Shown here: positions 1 to 10,500 of the stretch, in pieces
Layout of the letters: each line of letters begins with the position of its first letter
Numbering within the stretch: position 1 is the first letter of the stretch
Translations under genes and position numbers: made by a program
Notes under the pieces: model-generated
Database searches by the model: none
What the model was told of the DNA's origin: nothing
Seen by the model: only the letters and a program-made list of their open reading frames with translations
NCBI GenBank assembly: GCA_964016885.1
Contig: OZ024765.1
Coordinates: 18,910,001 to 18,974,000 of the forward strand
Direction: 5' to 3'
Length of the DNA: 64,000 bases
From: Eledone cirrhosa
Lineage: Eukaryota

Positions 1-254
1 TAGAAAGAATCAAAAACAAAAACAAAAGACGTATTCAGCAGTTAATGAAGTGAAAACAAAATAAAAACAACTTTACTGAATAAAATTCATTTCTTAATTT
101 CAATAAGGTTTTTTGTTCTTTCTTTTATAAAAAAAAAAAAATGTTAATTAAAATATGTTGAATATAATATGGGACATTACTACAACGTACAACATTATTA
201 GTTCAAATCTTACTTAATAAAAGCAACAAATACGCAGTTATTAGTATAAAACAT

Positions 255-326
255 AACGGAAATCGAACCCTAAATCAGGATCTCCACCGTCTCTAGCGCT
301 TACCATTAGGCCACAGGGACGGTTAC
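255..326 (-). ncRNA. tRNA-like Pol III cassette A (present in every unit)
   Basis: Minus strand reads GTAACCGTCCCTG-TGGCCTAATGG (A box)...GGTTCGATTTCC (B box), then TTTT. There is no pairing acceptor or anticodon stem, so it is tRNA-derived rather than a tRNA. Confidence 0.6.
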
Positions 327-360
327 AAAAATGCATTGAAAATTAATATTTACTTACCTA

Positions 361-535
361 TACTAGAAAAAACCGGAAGTGGAGAAAATTGAAAAACTTC
401 TTCTTTTTCTTCCTCTGATTTTTGCCACGAACGATAACTCGTCTCTGACTTAAATCCAAATTTTGGTTAAAAAAAAATCAGAGGAAGAAAAAGAAGATGT
501 TTTTCAATTTTCTCCACTTCCGGTTTTTTCTAGTA
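361..535. repeat. 63-bp near-perfect inverted repeat with 49-bp spacer (every unit)
   Basis: 361-423 (TACTAGAAAAAACCGGAAGTGG...CTGATTTTT) is the reverse complement of 473-535 with one mismatch. Confidence 0.95.
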
Positions 536-578
536 ATGAAAAAGTAGGTTTATAAATATCAATTTTCAGTAAGTTTCT

Positions 579-655
579 GTAACCGTCCCCTTAGCCTAGT
601 GGTAAGTATAAGAGCCGGTGGAGGTCCAGGTCCGGGTTTCAATCACTGGCAGTGT
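579..655 (+). ncRNA. tRNA-like Pol III cassette B
   Basis: TAGCCTAGTGG (A box), GG(T/G)TTCAATC (B-box-like), upstream AAAGTAGGTTTATAAATA leader and a downstream T-run; homologous to cassette A. Confidence 0.5.
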
Positions 656-732
656 GTCGTATTATATTTTTTATAGTATAAAACAAAAATAAAAAAGTAA
701 CTTTATAAATATTAATTTTCACGCTGTTTTTA

Positions 733-810
733 TATCTGTCTCCGTGGCCTAATGGTAGGTATTAGAGACGGTGGTGAACCTGCTCGGGGTTTCGATCTCA
801 GTCAAAATCT
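733..810 (+). ncRNA. tRNA-like Pol III cassette C
   Basis: TGGCCTAATGGTAGGT (A box with D-stem GCCT/AGGT), GGTTTCGAT (B-box-like), upstream TTTATAAATA leader and a downstream T-run. Confidence 0.55.
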
Positions 811-873
811 ATAGATAATAATTTCATTTTTTACTTTGCTAGAGAAAAATTTAAATTTAAAAATATATAGTAC

Positions 874-953
874 AAATTCGGACTGAGATTGAACACCACA
901 TCAGTGTCTACATAGTCTCTAACACCTACCATTAGGCCAACGAAACAGATACA
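874..953 (-). ncRNA. tRNA-like Pol III cassette D
   Basis: Minus strand TGGCCTAATGGTAGGTG...GTGTTCAATCTC, with leader AAAGTAGGTTTATAAATA at ~973-991; inverted relative to cassette C. Confidence 0.5.
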
Positions 954-1009
954 AGAACATAAGAAAAAATTAATATTTATAAACCTACTTTCAATTTCAA
1001 AGCAAAATA

Positions 1010-1432
1010 GATGTGCTGGCGTTCATGGCTTTCTCATTCTTATTTCTACTATAATCGGGTCAATGTTTACATTTATTCTTCTGGGGCTTTCATAAAATAT
1101 ATTTTCACTTTCTTTCGGGTTCATTAGATCCTACAACGACCTTCTTTATGGTCATAGCTGATTATTAAATATATACGGGAGAGTGTGTGTGTGTGTATTA
1201 GATCTTGCCGTGATGTACTCAGCAATAATGGTTTTCAATTCCGTCGTCCCTCCATCCTTGGTGTGTATATAAATATATATGCGATTTTAACGTACAACGG
1301 CGACAATATATAAATCTGTTTTGTTTTATAATAATTAGATAAATCTAATTCTACAACCCCTGTTAAACATTGAAAACACGACTATAAAATATAGCAACAA
1401 CCACGACATAACAGTCTCTGGTTAAATATGAT
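1010..1432 (-). pseudogene. Inverted, diverged paralog of the 3120-3600 segment (5' part of a decayed gene)
   Basis: GTGCTGGCGTTCATGGCTTTCT (1012) matches the reverse complement of ~3565-3590. The minus-strand peptide DHLVVGSN (intact in unit 3, ~10360-10390) aligns with DRVIVGSN at 3445, with synonymous changes. Confidence 0.5.
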
Positions 1433-1547
1433 TTAATGAAATTATTGCTAGAGATTGATCCCTAATATTTTATCTCACTCCTTAACCAGGGAGGAAAGGT
1501 CCTCAGACTCGGACAATGTTGATAAGGAGAGCAGAGTGTATCCTTAT

Positions 1548-1623
1548 TTGTCACGTCTTTCCAGTTGTCACGGTATATAAAAGGCAGTAGTACTAGTCAC
1601 TCCTGCGAAAGACGTTCTCAGTT
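1548..1623 (+). promoter_or_regulatory. Pol II core-promoter-like segment
   Basis: Two TTGTCACG motifs, TATATAAAAG at 1574-1583, Inr-like TCACT (~1597) and TCAGTT (1618), followed by an ATG at 1646 in unit 1. Confidence 0.45.
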
Positions 1624-1645
1624 AGCCTTCTGTAACGAGAGAAAA

Positions 1646-2593
1646 ATGTCGTGGCTTTTTTCCTCCCTATCACATAATTCATACATTTGTCATCCTTTAG
1701 ATATCAATATACAAGAGAAAGAAGAAAATTGAGAACTTCGGTCTTTTAAAAGTAACATTTATTACATTAGAGCAAAATCTTGCATTAACAATATTTTGTG
1801 ATACTAAACATGGAATGGACAAAGAGATTATTAGAAGAAGGGCAATTGTCTCTATCTTAAACGTCAATACATTCTACAGAAAATCGAAATGAGAATAATT
1901 ACAGAGATACTTTACAAAATGTTCCGCGATATGGTTCAGGTTATTTTGTAGTAATATGCAGCTATATTTATACATGTCTCTTATACCCCCCCCCCCCCAC
2001 GAAGAATTGTGAATATGTATGAATATGATTTTAAAGATGGCTAAACACGTTGAAGAAAAAAAAGGAATTCAGATGATAGGAATAATAAAATATTCCTTTG
2101 CCTAGCTAAATTTCGAGAGGTCTAAAACACTAGTTGAATGATATGTGTGATACGACCTAGAATATTGTTTTGGGGCATGGTCAGACGACTTCAGAAAATA
2201 CGGAGAAGCTATTGAAGGAATCCAGAGAAGAACAAAACAGAAAACACCAGAAGTATTAAGAAATATGTCTTCTGAAGAAAGATGTTAAACTTTAGGGATT
2301 GAAAATTTAGAGGAGATAAATCTAAGAGGGTGGAGGGACATGATAGAAATATATATTTAAAGGACTAATATTTAAATAGTAGTACACCATTCCAATGTAA
2401 AGCCCTGAATAACTACATCTTTTGGGGAGATATATCAAACGAGTGACATGAGAGAAATATTTAAAATAATGAAAAGACTACAATATACAGTATTGCAGAA
2501 GTAAATGAAAATATAAGAAGACATCACCATTGAACTGCAGATGAAAGTCAGTACTCTTTACATTTATCCCAGGTATATAGAAAGCTATCCTGA
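1646..2593 (+). pseudogene. Decayed two-exon gene 1, unknown product (exon 1646-1939, exon from 2573)
   Basis: ATG 1646 to CAG|GT at 1939 is exactly 98 codons with four in-frame stops (the first is TGT in unit 6). Acceptor TTTATCCCAG at 2572 gives phase-0 VYRKLS*; AATAAA lies downstream (~2747). The CR1 relic lies in the putative intron. Confidence 0.4.
2037..2363 (+). mobile_element. CR1/L2-group LINE ORF2 C-terminal relic (every unit)
   Basis: Single-frame translation with stops: QMIGIIKHSFA*LN...LEYCFGAWSDDFRKYGEAIEGIQRRTKQKTPEVLRNMSSEERC*TLGIENLEEINLRG, then DMIEIY. This matches the CR1-type tail LEYC..WSP...LE.VQRRATK....L..LSYEERL..L.L..LE.RRLRGDMIEVY. Confidence 0.85.
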
Positions 2594-2924
2594 TGTCCAC
2601 TGATTGAAATATAAAACAATAAAGAAACACCACAATCCAGTAAACGTTAGTAATAATCGAATTAAGCCGCCATTTACAGTAGAAAATAGTAAGAAAAACA
2701 ATGTCACACTCAGAAGTTAATGCAGTGAAAACAATAAAAATATTATTAATAAATAATAATAATTTCATTTCATATTATCATTAAATTGTTTGTCTATTTT
2801 TATTGTAAACATAAGATATATACATAAATATATATATATATATATACATATATTATTATTATTATTATATATATAGATTCATACATATACATCGATACAT
2901 TCTGTGAGTATGTCTTACTTAGGC

Positions 2925-3030
2925 AAAAGTCAAGTAATTTGCGGGGAGGAACCAATCCGTTAAATTGATCCCAGTGCATGACTGGTACTATAAGTTATCA
3001 GCTCCAAAATCATAAAATTATGGATTAATC
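2925..3030 (-). mobile_element. Degenerate 3' fragment of the local SINE family (every unit)
   Basis: GATCCCAGTGCATGACTGGTACT is the reverse complement of the SINE tail AGTACCAGTAATGCACTGGG seen at 32-41 kb. Confidence 0.65.
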
Positions 3031-3411
3031 TAAACACTGAGAACACAAAGTTGGGGTAAAATTATTTAAAATTTGAGGTTTTAATATTTTATCTTTTATT
3101 TACAAATTATATATCTTGGTGTCATATTTAAGGATATAATGTGGTTATTGGTGGAAATAATATAGTATGTGATGAAGAGGTGTATATAACTGTGGATATA
3201 GAATTGTTTTAATCATTATTTTTAACGGACGAAAAAAACTACATAATGACTTCTAGTCGGAGTTACGGGAAATTACGGCAAAGACCCTCAATGAAGGTTC
3301 AAATATTACACACCTACACATTATCTATATATAGGACTGAGGCTAAACAATTTACGGGCACGTCGCTCTAAGTTGGAATATTTTTAACACACACAGACAC
3401 GGGAGTTAGGT

Positions 3412-4560
3412 ATGGCATATTTCAAATAAGAGAACATTATTACAGACAGAGTCATTGTAGGTTCAAATCATTGTTAGACCGATCAGAAAGAAAATGGATA
3501 TTTAATTCATGAAAAAACCTGAAGTGTGAAAGACAGAGTCGACCCTTTCTAGTAACAACACTAAGAAACCCATGAACGCCACCACGTCCTAAATCTAACT
3601 CTGCGATCGTCATATCAAATCGAAATACTTCACCAACTGTGGAAGATGAAGGATTGAAGAACTATGATATATAGCGAAGAGGCTTGTCTCCAGAACATTT
3701 AGTAAGGTGTAAGCCAAGGGTTGCCAAATATTTTGGCGTCATTTCCCACATTCACATGAAAAAATGTTCCACCAGCCACCTGTATAGTAAATATTCCAAA
3801 GTATACCAAATATGTTTCGTAAATGTTTGTTCCTGGTTTAATTTTCCCAATTAGCTTCCTGATTTTTATTCAGGTTCTTTGCATATATTCCTTGAATAGG
3901 TTTTCGGGTAGCATACCTTCTTAAATCTCAAAATTCTATATCGGCCACCAAAGTTTCCAATGGCCCTCAATTTTCTGTTCAGCTGCTCATCGCCCACCCA
4001 ACAGTTGAAACCGCCCAGTTGAGGAACCCCTGTGGGTAAGCTACCTCGAATGATGCTATATATTAATCGAGAGGAGGAGGTGACTATTATAATTTGTATA
4101 AGTAATGATCTTTTAAAGACAAGAGGAAATTTCATCATTAATATCATAAATATATGTCTACAGAATACAGATTATCAAAATGAAATTAAAAGCAAGTAAA
4201 TCAGGGGCCACTAAACTTTACATATTTAGTTTTATTTCTATCGTGAAAAATGTTGATCTTCAGATATTAGATTATGGCGGCTGTAATTGTCTTTGTGTTT
4301 ACGTGTTTGTTTGAAATCCTATTTTAATGTTCGTCTCTCTTTAAACATCGTTTATAGTTTGTTAAAATTAATTTTAGATTATTCGTACCTCGTCTGTGTG
4401 CTTTATTTTGATGTAGCGTCCCTGTCTTGTTTATTTTTGGTTACATTTTAAATGTGAAATACAGGACCATCAGACATTAAAATGAAATGTTACGTAAAAC
4501 ACACACCTTGTGTTTATTCCAGGTATTTAGATAGATGTCCACTGACAACAAAATAATACA
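3412..4560 (+). pseudogene. Decayed two-exon gene 2, interrupted by a MITE (donor 4080, acceptor 4522)
   Basis: TATATATAGG at ~3326, ATG at 3412. Removing the MITE joins RRGLSPEHLVRCK to LPRMMLYINREEE|GT. Acceptor TTTATTCCAG and the exon plus 3' UTR are homologous to 2563-2780. Contains several stops and frameshifts. Confidence 0.4.
3715..4032. mobile_element. Probable hAT-family MITE (~318 bp; each full unit)
   Basis: Degenerate TIRs CAAGGGTTGCCAAAT and (reverse complement) CAGGGGTTCCTCAAC resemble hAT CAGGGGTTCCCAAAC ends. Flanks GTGTAAGC (3707-3714) and GGGTAAGC (4034-4041) approximate an 8-bp TSD with a 1-nt offset. Confidence 0.55.
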
Positions 4561-7500
4561 ATCATCCAGTGAAACTTGCTAATAATCCAGGTTCGTTGCA
4601 GTCACCATTCACAGTAAACAATGGTTAGAAAGAATCAAAAACAAAAACAAAAGACGTATTCAGCAGTTAATGAAGTGAAAACAAAATAAAAACAACTTTA
4701 CTGAATAAAATTCATTTCTTAATTTCAATAAGGTTTTTTGTTCTTTCTTTTATAAAAAAAAAAAATGTTAATTAAAATATGTTGAATATAATATGGGACA
4801 TTACTACAACGTACAACATTATTAGTTCAAATCTTACTTAATAAAAGCAACAAATACGCAGTTATTAGTATAAAACCTAACGGAAATCGAACCCTAAATC
4901 AGGATCTCCACCGTCTCTAGCGCTTACCATTAGGCCACAGGGACGGTTACAAAAATGCATTGAAAATTAATATTTACTTACCTATACTAGAAAAAACCGG
5001 AAGTGGAGAAAATTGAAAAACTTCTTCTTTTTCTTCCTCTGATTTTTGCCACGAACGATAACTCGTCTCTGACTTAAATCCAAATTTTGGTTAAAAAAAA
5101 ATCAGAGGAAGAAAAAGAAGATGTTTTTCAATTTTCTCCACTTCCGGTTTTTTCTAGTAATGAAAAAGTAGGTTTATAAATATCAATTTTCAGTAAGTTT
5201 CTGTAACCGTCCCTTTAGCCTAGTGGTAAGTATAAGAGCCGGTGGAGGTCCAGGTCCGGGGTTCAATCACTGGCAGTGTGTCGTATTATATTTTTTATAG
5301 TATAAAACAAAAATAAAAAAGTAACTTTATAAATATTAATGTTCACACTGTTTTTATATCTGTCTCCGTGGCCTAATGGTAGGTATTAGAGACGGTGGAG
5401 AACCTGCTCTGGGTTTCGATTTCAGTCAAAGTCTATAGATAATAATTTCATTTTTTACTTTACTAGGGAAAAATTTAAATTTAAAAATATATAGTACAGA
5501 TTCGGACTGAGATTGAACACCACATCAGTGTCTACATAGTCTCTAACACCTACCATTAGTCCAACGAAACAGATACAAGAACATAAGAAACAATTTATAT
5601 TTATAAACCTACTTTCAATTTCCAAGCAAAATAGATGTGCTGGCGTTCATGGCTTTCTCATTGTTATTTCTACTATAATCAGGTCAATGTTTACATTGAT
5701 TCTTCTGGGGCTTTCATAAAATATATTTTCACTTTCTTTCGGGTTCATTAGATCCTACAACCAGATGATCTACAGGGACCTTCTTCATAGCTGATTATTA
5801 AATATATACGGGAGAGTGTGTGTGTGTGTGTGTATTAGATCTTGCCGTTATGTACTCAGCAATAATGGTTTTCACTTCCGTTGTCCCTCCATCCTTGGTG
5901 TGTATATAAATATATATGTGATTTTAACGTACAACGGCGACAATATATAAATCTGTTTTGTTTGATAATAATTAAATAAAGCTAATTCTACAACCCCTGT
6001 TAAACATTGAAACCACGACTATAAAATATAGCAACAACCACGACATAACAGTCTCTGGTTAAATATGATTTAATGAAATTATTGCTAGAGATTGATCCCT
6101 AATATTTTATCTCACTCCTTAACCAGGGAGGAAAGGTCCTCAGACTCGGACAATGTTGATAAGGAGAGCAGAGTGTATCCTTATTTGTCACGTCTTTCCA
6201 GTTGTCACGGTATATAAAAGGCAGTAGTACTAGTCACTCCTGCGAAAGACGTTGTCAGTTAGCCTTCTGTAACGAGAGAAGAAGGTCGTGGCTTTTTTCC
6301 TCCCTATCACATAATTCATACATTTGTCATCCTTTAGATATCAATATACAAGAGAAAGAAGAAAATTGAGAACTTCGGTCTTTTAAAAGTAACATTTATT
6401 ACATTAGAGCAAAATCTTGCATTAACAATATTTTGTGAGACTAAACATGGAATGGACAAAGAGATTATTAGAAGAAGGGCAATTGTCTCTATCTTAAACG
6501 TCAATACATTCTACAGAAAATCGAAATGAGAATAATTACAGAGATACTTTACAAAATGTTTCGCGATATGGTTCAAGTTATTTTGTAGTAATATGCAGCT
6601 ATATTTATACATGTCTCTTATACCCCCTCCACGAGGAATTGTGAATATGTATGAATATGATTTTAAAGATGGCTAAACATGTTGAAGAAAAAAAAGGAAT
6701 TCAGATGATAGGAATAATAAAACATTCCTTTGCCTAGCTAAATGTCGAGAGGTCTAAAACACTAGTTGAATGATATGTGTGATACGACCTAGAATATTGT
6801 TTTGAGGCACGGAGAAGCTATTGAAGGAATCCAGAGAAGAACAAAACAGAAAACACCAGAATTATTAAGAAATATGTCTTCTGAAGAAAGATGTTAAACT
6901 TTAGGGATTGCAAATTTAGAGGATATAAATCTAAGAGGGTGGGGGGACATGATAGAAATATATATTTAAAGGACTAATATTTAAATAGTAGTAGTACACT
7001 ATTCCAATGTAAAGCTCTGAATAACTACATCTTTTGGGGAGATATATCAAACGAGTGACATGAGAGAAATATTTAAAATAATGAAAAGACTACAATATAC
7101 AGTATTGCAGAAGTAAATGAAAATATAAGAAGACATCACCATTGAACTGCAGATGAAAGTCAGTACTCTTTACATTTATCCCAGGTATATAGAAAGCTAT
7201 CCTGATGTCCACTGATTGAAATATAAAACAATAAAGAAACACCACAATCCAGTAAACGTTAGTAATAATCGAATTAAGCCGCCATTTACAGTAGAAAATA
7301 GTAAGAAAAACAATGTCACACTCAGAAGTTAATGCAGTGAAAACAATAAAAATATTATTAATAAATAATAATAATTTCATTTCATATTATCATTAAATTG
7401 TTTGTCTATTTTTATTGTAAACATAAGATATATACATAAATATATATATATATATATACATATATTATTATTATTATTATATATATAGATTCATACATAT

Positions 7501-10500
7501 ACATCGATACATTCTGTGAGTATGTCTTACTTAGGCAAAAGTCAAGTAATTTGCGGGGAGGAACCAATCCGTTAAATTGATCCCAGTGCATGACTGGTAC
7601 TATAAGTTATCAGCTCCAAAATCATAAAATTATGGATTAATCTAAACACTGAGAACACAAAGTTGGGGTAAAATTATTTAAAATTTGAGGTTTTAATATT
7701 TTATCTTTTATTTACAAATTATATATCTTGGTGTCATATTTAAGGATATAATGTGGTTATTGGTGGAAATAATATAGTATGTGATGAAGAGGTGTATATA
7801 ACTGTGGATATAGAATTGTTTTAATCATTATTTTTAACGGACGAAAAAAACTACATAATGACTTCTAGTCGGAGTTACGGGAAATTACGGCAAAGACCCT
7901 CAATGAAGGTTCAAATATTACACACCTACACATTATCTATATATAGGACTGAGGCTAAACAATTTACGGGCACGTCGCTCTAAGTTGGAATATTTTTAAC
8001 ACACACAGACACGGGAGTTAGGTATGGCATATTTCAAATAAGAGAACATTATTACAGACAGAGTCATTGTAGGTTCAAATCATTGTTAGACCGATCAGAA
8101 AGAAAATGGATATTTAATTCATGAAAAAACCTGAAGTGTGAAAGACAGAGTCGACCCTTTCTAGTAACAACACTAAGAAACCCATGAACGCCACCACGTC
8201 CTAAATCTAACTCTGCGATCGTCATATCAAATCGAAATACTTCACCAACTGTGGAAGATGAAGGATTGAAGAACTATGATATATAGCGAAGAGGCTTGTC
8301 TCCAGAACATTTAGTAAGGTGTAAGCCAAGGGTTGCCAAATATTTTGGCGTCATTTCCCACATTCACATGAAAAAATGTTCCACCAGCCACCTGTATAGT
8401 AAATATTCCAAAGTATACCAAATATGTTTCGTAAATGTTTGTTCCTGGTTTAATTTTCCCAATTAGCTTCCTGATTTTTATTCAGGTTCTTTGCATATAT
8501 TCCTTGAATAGGTTTTCGGGTAGCATACCTTCTTAAATCTCAAAATTCTATATCGGCCACCAAAGTTTCCAATGGCCCTCAATTTTCTGTTCAGCTGCTC
8601 ATCGCCCACCCAACAGTTGAAACCGCCCAGTTGAGGAACCCCTGTGGGTAAGCTACCTCGAATGATGCTATATATTAATCGAGAGGAGGAGGTGACTATT
8701 ATAATTTGTATAAGTAATGATCTTTTAAAGACAAGAGGAAATTTCATCATTAATATCATAAATATATGTCTACAGAATACAGATTATCAAAATGAAATTA
8801 AAAGCAAGTAAATCAGGGGCCACTAAACTTTACATATTTAGTTTTATTTCTATCGTGAAAAATGTTGATCTTCAGATATTAGATTATGGCGGCTGTAATT
8901 GTCTTTGTGTTTACGTGTTTGTTTGAAATCCTATTTTAATGTTCGTCTCTCTTTAAACATCGTTTATAGTTTGTTAAAATTAATTTTAGATTATTCGTAC
9001 CTCGTCTGTGTGCTTTATTTTGATGTAGCGTCCCTGTCTTGTTTATTTTTGGTTACATTTTAAATGTGAAATACAGGACCATCAGACATTAAAATGAAAT
9101 GTTACGTAAAACACACACCTTGTGTTTATTCCAGGTATTTAGATAGATGTCCACTGACAACAAAATAATACAATCATCCAGTGAAACTTGCTAATAATCC
9201 AGGTTCGTTGCAGTCACCATTCACAGTAAACAATGGTTAGAAAGAATCAAAAACAAAAACAAAAGACGTATTCAGCAGTTAATGAAGTGAAAACAAAATA
9301 AAAACAACTTTACTGAATAAAATTCATTTCTTAATTTCAATAAGGTTTTTTGTTCTTTCTTTTATAAAAAAAAAAAATTTTAATTAAAATATGTTGAATA
9401 TAATATGGGACATTACTACAACGTACAACATTATTAGTTCAAATCTTACTTAATAAAAGCAACAAATACGCAGTTATTAGCATAAAACCTAACGGAAATC
9501 GAACCCTAAATCAGGATCTCCACCGTCTCTAGCGCTTACCATTAGGCCACAGGGACGGTTACAAAAATGCATTGAAAATTAATATTTACTTACCTATACT
9601 AGAAAAAACCGGAAGTGGAGAAAATTGAAAAACTTCTTCTTTTTCTTCCTCTGATTTTTGCCACGAACGATAACTCGTCTCTGACTTAAATCCAAACTTT
9701 GGTTAAAAAAAAATCAGAGGAAGAAAAAGAAGATGTTTTTCAATTTTCTCCACTTCCGGTTTTTTCTAGTAATGAAAAAGTAGGTTTATAAATATCAATT
9801 TTCAGTAAGTTTCTGTAACCGTCCCCTTAGCCTAGTGGTAAGTATAAGAGCCGGTGGAGGTCCAGGTCCGGGGTTCAATGACTGGCAGTGTGTCGTATTA
9901 TATTTTTTATAGTATAAAACAAAAATAAAAAAGTAACTTTATAAATATTAATTTTCACGCTGTTTTTATATCTGTCTCCGTGGCCTAATGGTAGGTATTA
10001 GAGACGGTGGAGAACCTGCTCTGGGTTTCGATTTCAGTCAAAGTCTATAGATAATAATTTCATTTTTTACTTTACTAGGGAAAAATTTAAATTTAAAAAT
10101 ATATAGTACAGATTCGGACTGAGATTGAACACCACATCAGTGTCTACATAGTCTCTAACACCTACCATGAGGCCAACGAAACAGATACAAGAACATAAGA
10201 AACAATTTATATTTATAAACCTACTTTCAATTTCCAAGCAAAATAGATGTGCTGGCGTTCATGGCTTTCTCATTGTTATTTCTACTATAATCAGGTCAAT
10301 GTTTACATTTATTCTTCTGGGGCCTTCATAAAATATATTTTCACTTTCTTTCGGGTTCATTAGATCCTACAACCAGATGATCTACAGGGACCTTCTTCAT
10401 GGTCATAGCTGATTATTAAATATATACGGGAGAGTGTGTGTGTATTAGATCTTCCCGTGATGTACTCAGCAATAATGGTTTTCAATTCCATCTTCCCTCC

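Noticed and set aside
255-953. Functional tRNA genes (tRNA-Arg-like A box)
   Set aside because: No acceptor-stem or anticodon-stem pairing in any of the four cassettes.
2478-2768. Repeated 95-96 aa minus-strand ORF (MKLLLFINN...)
   Set aside because: It lies antisense to an AT-rich putative last exon and UTR; recurrence only reflects the tandem array; no recognisable domain.
3690-3915. Merlin/IS1595-like transposase hint (KIKPGTNIY) on the minus strand
   Set aside because: Only a few residues match; catalytic D and H motifs are absent; it lies within the putative MITE.
3866-4147. Repeated 93/116 aa minus-strand ORF
   Set aside because: It spans the MITE boundary and its ends change with indels between units.
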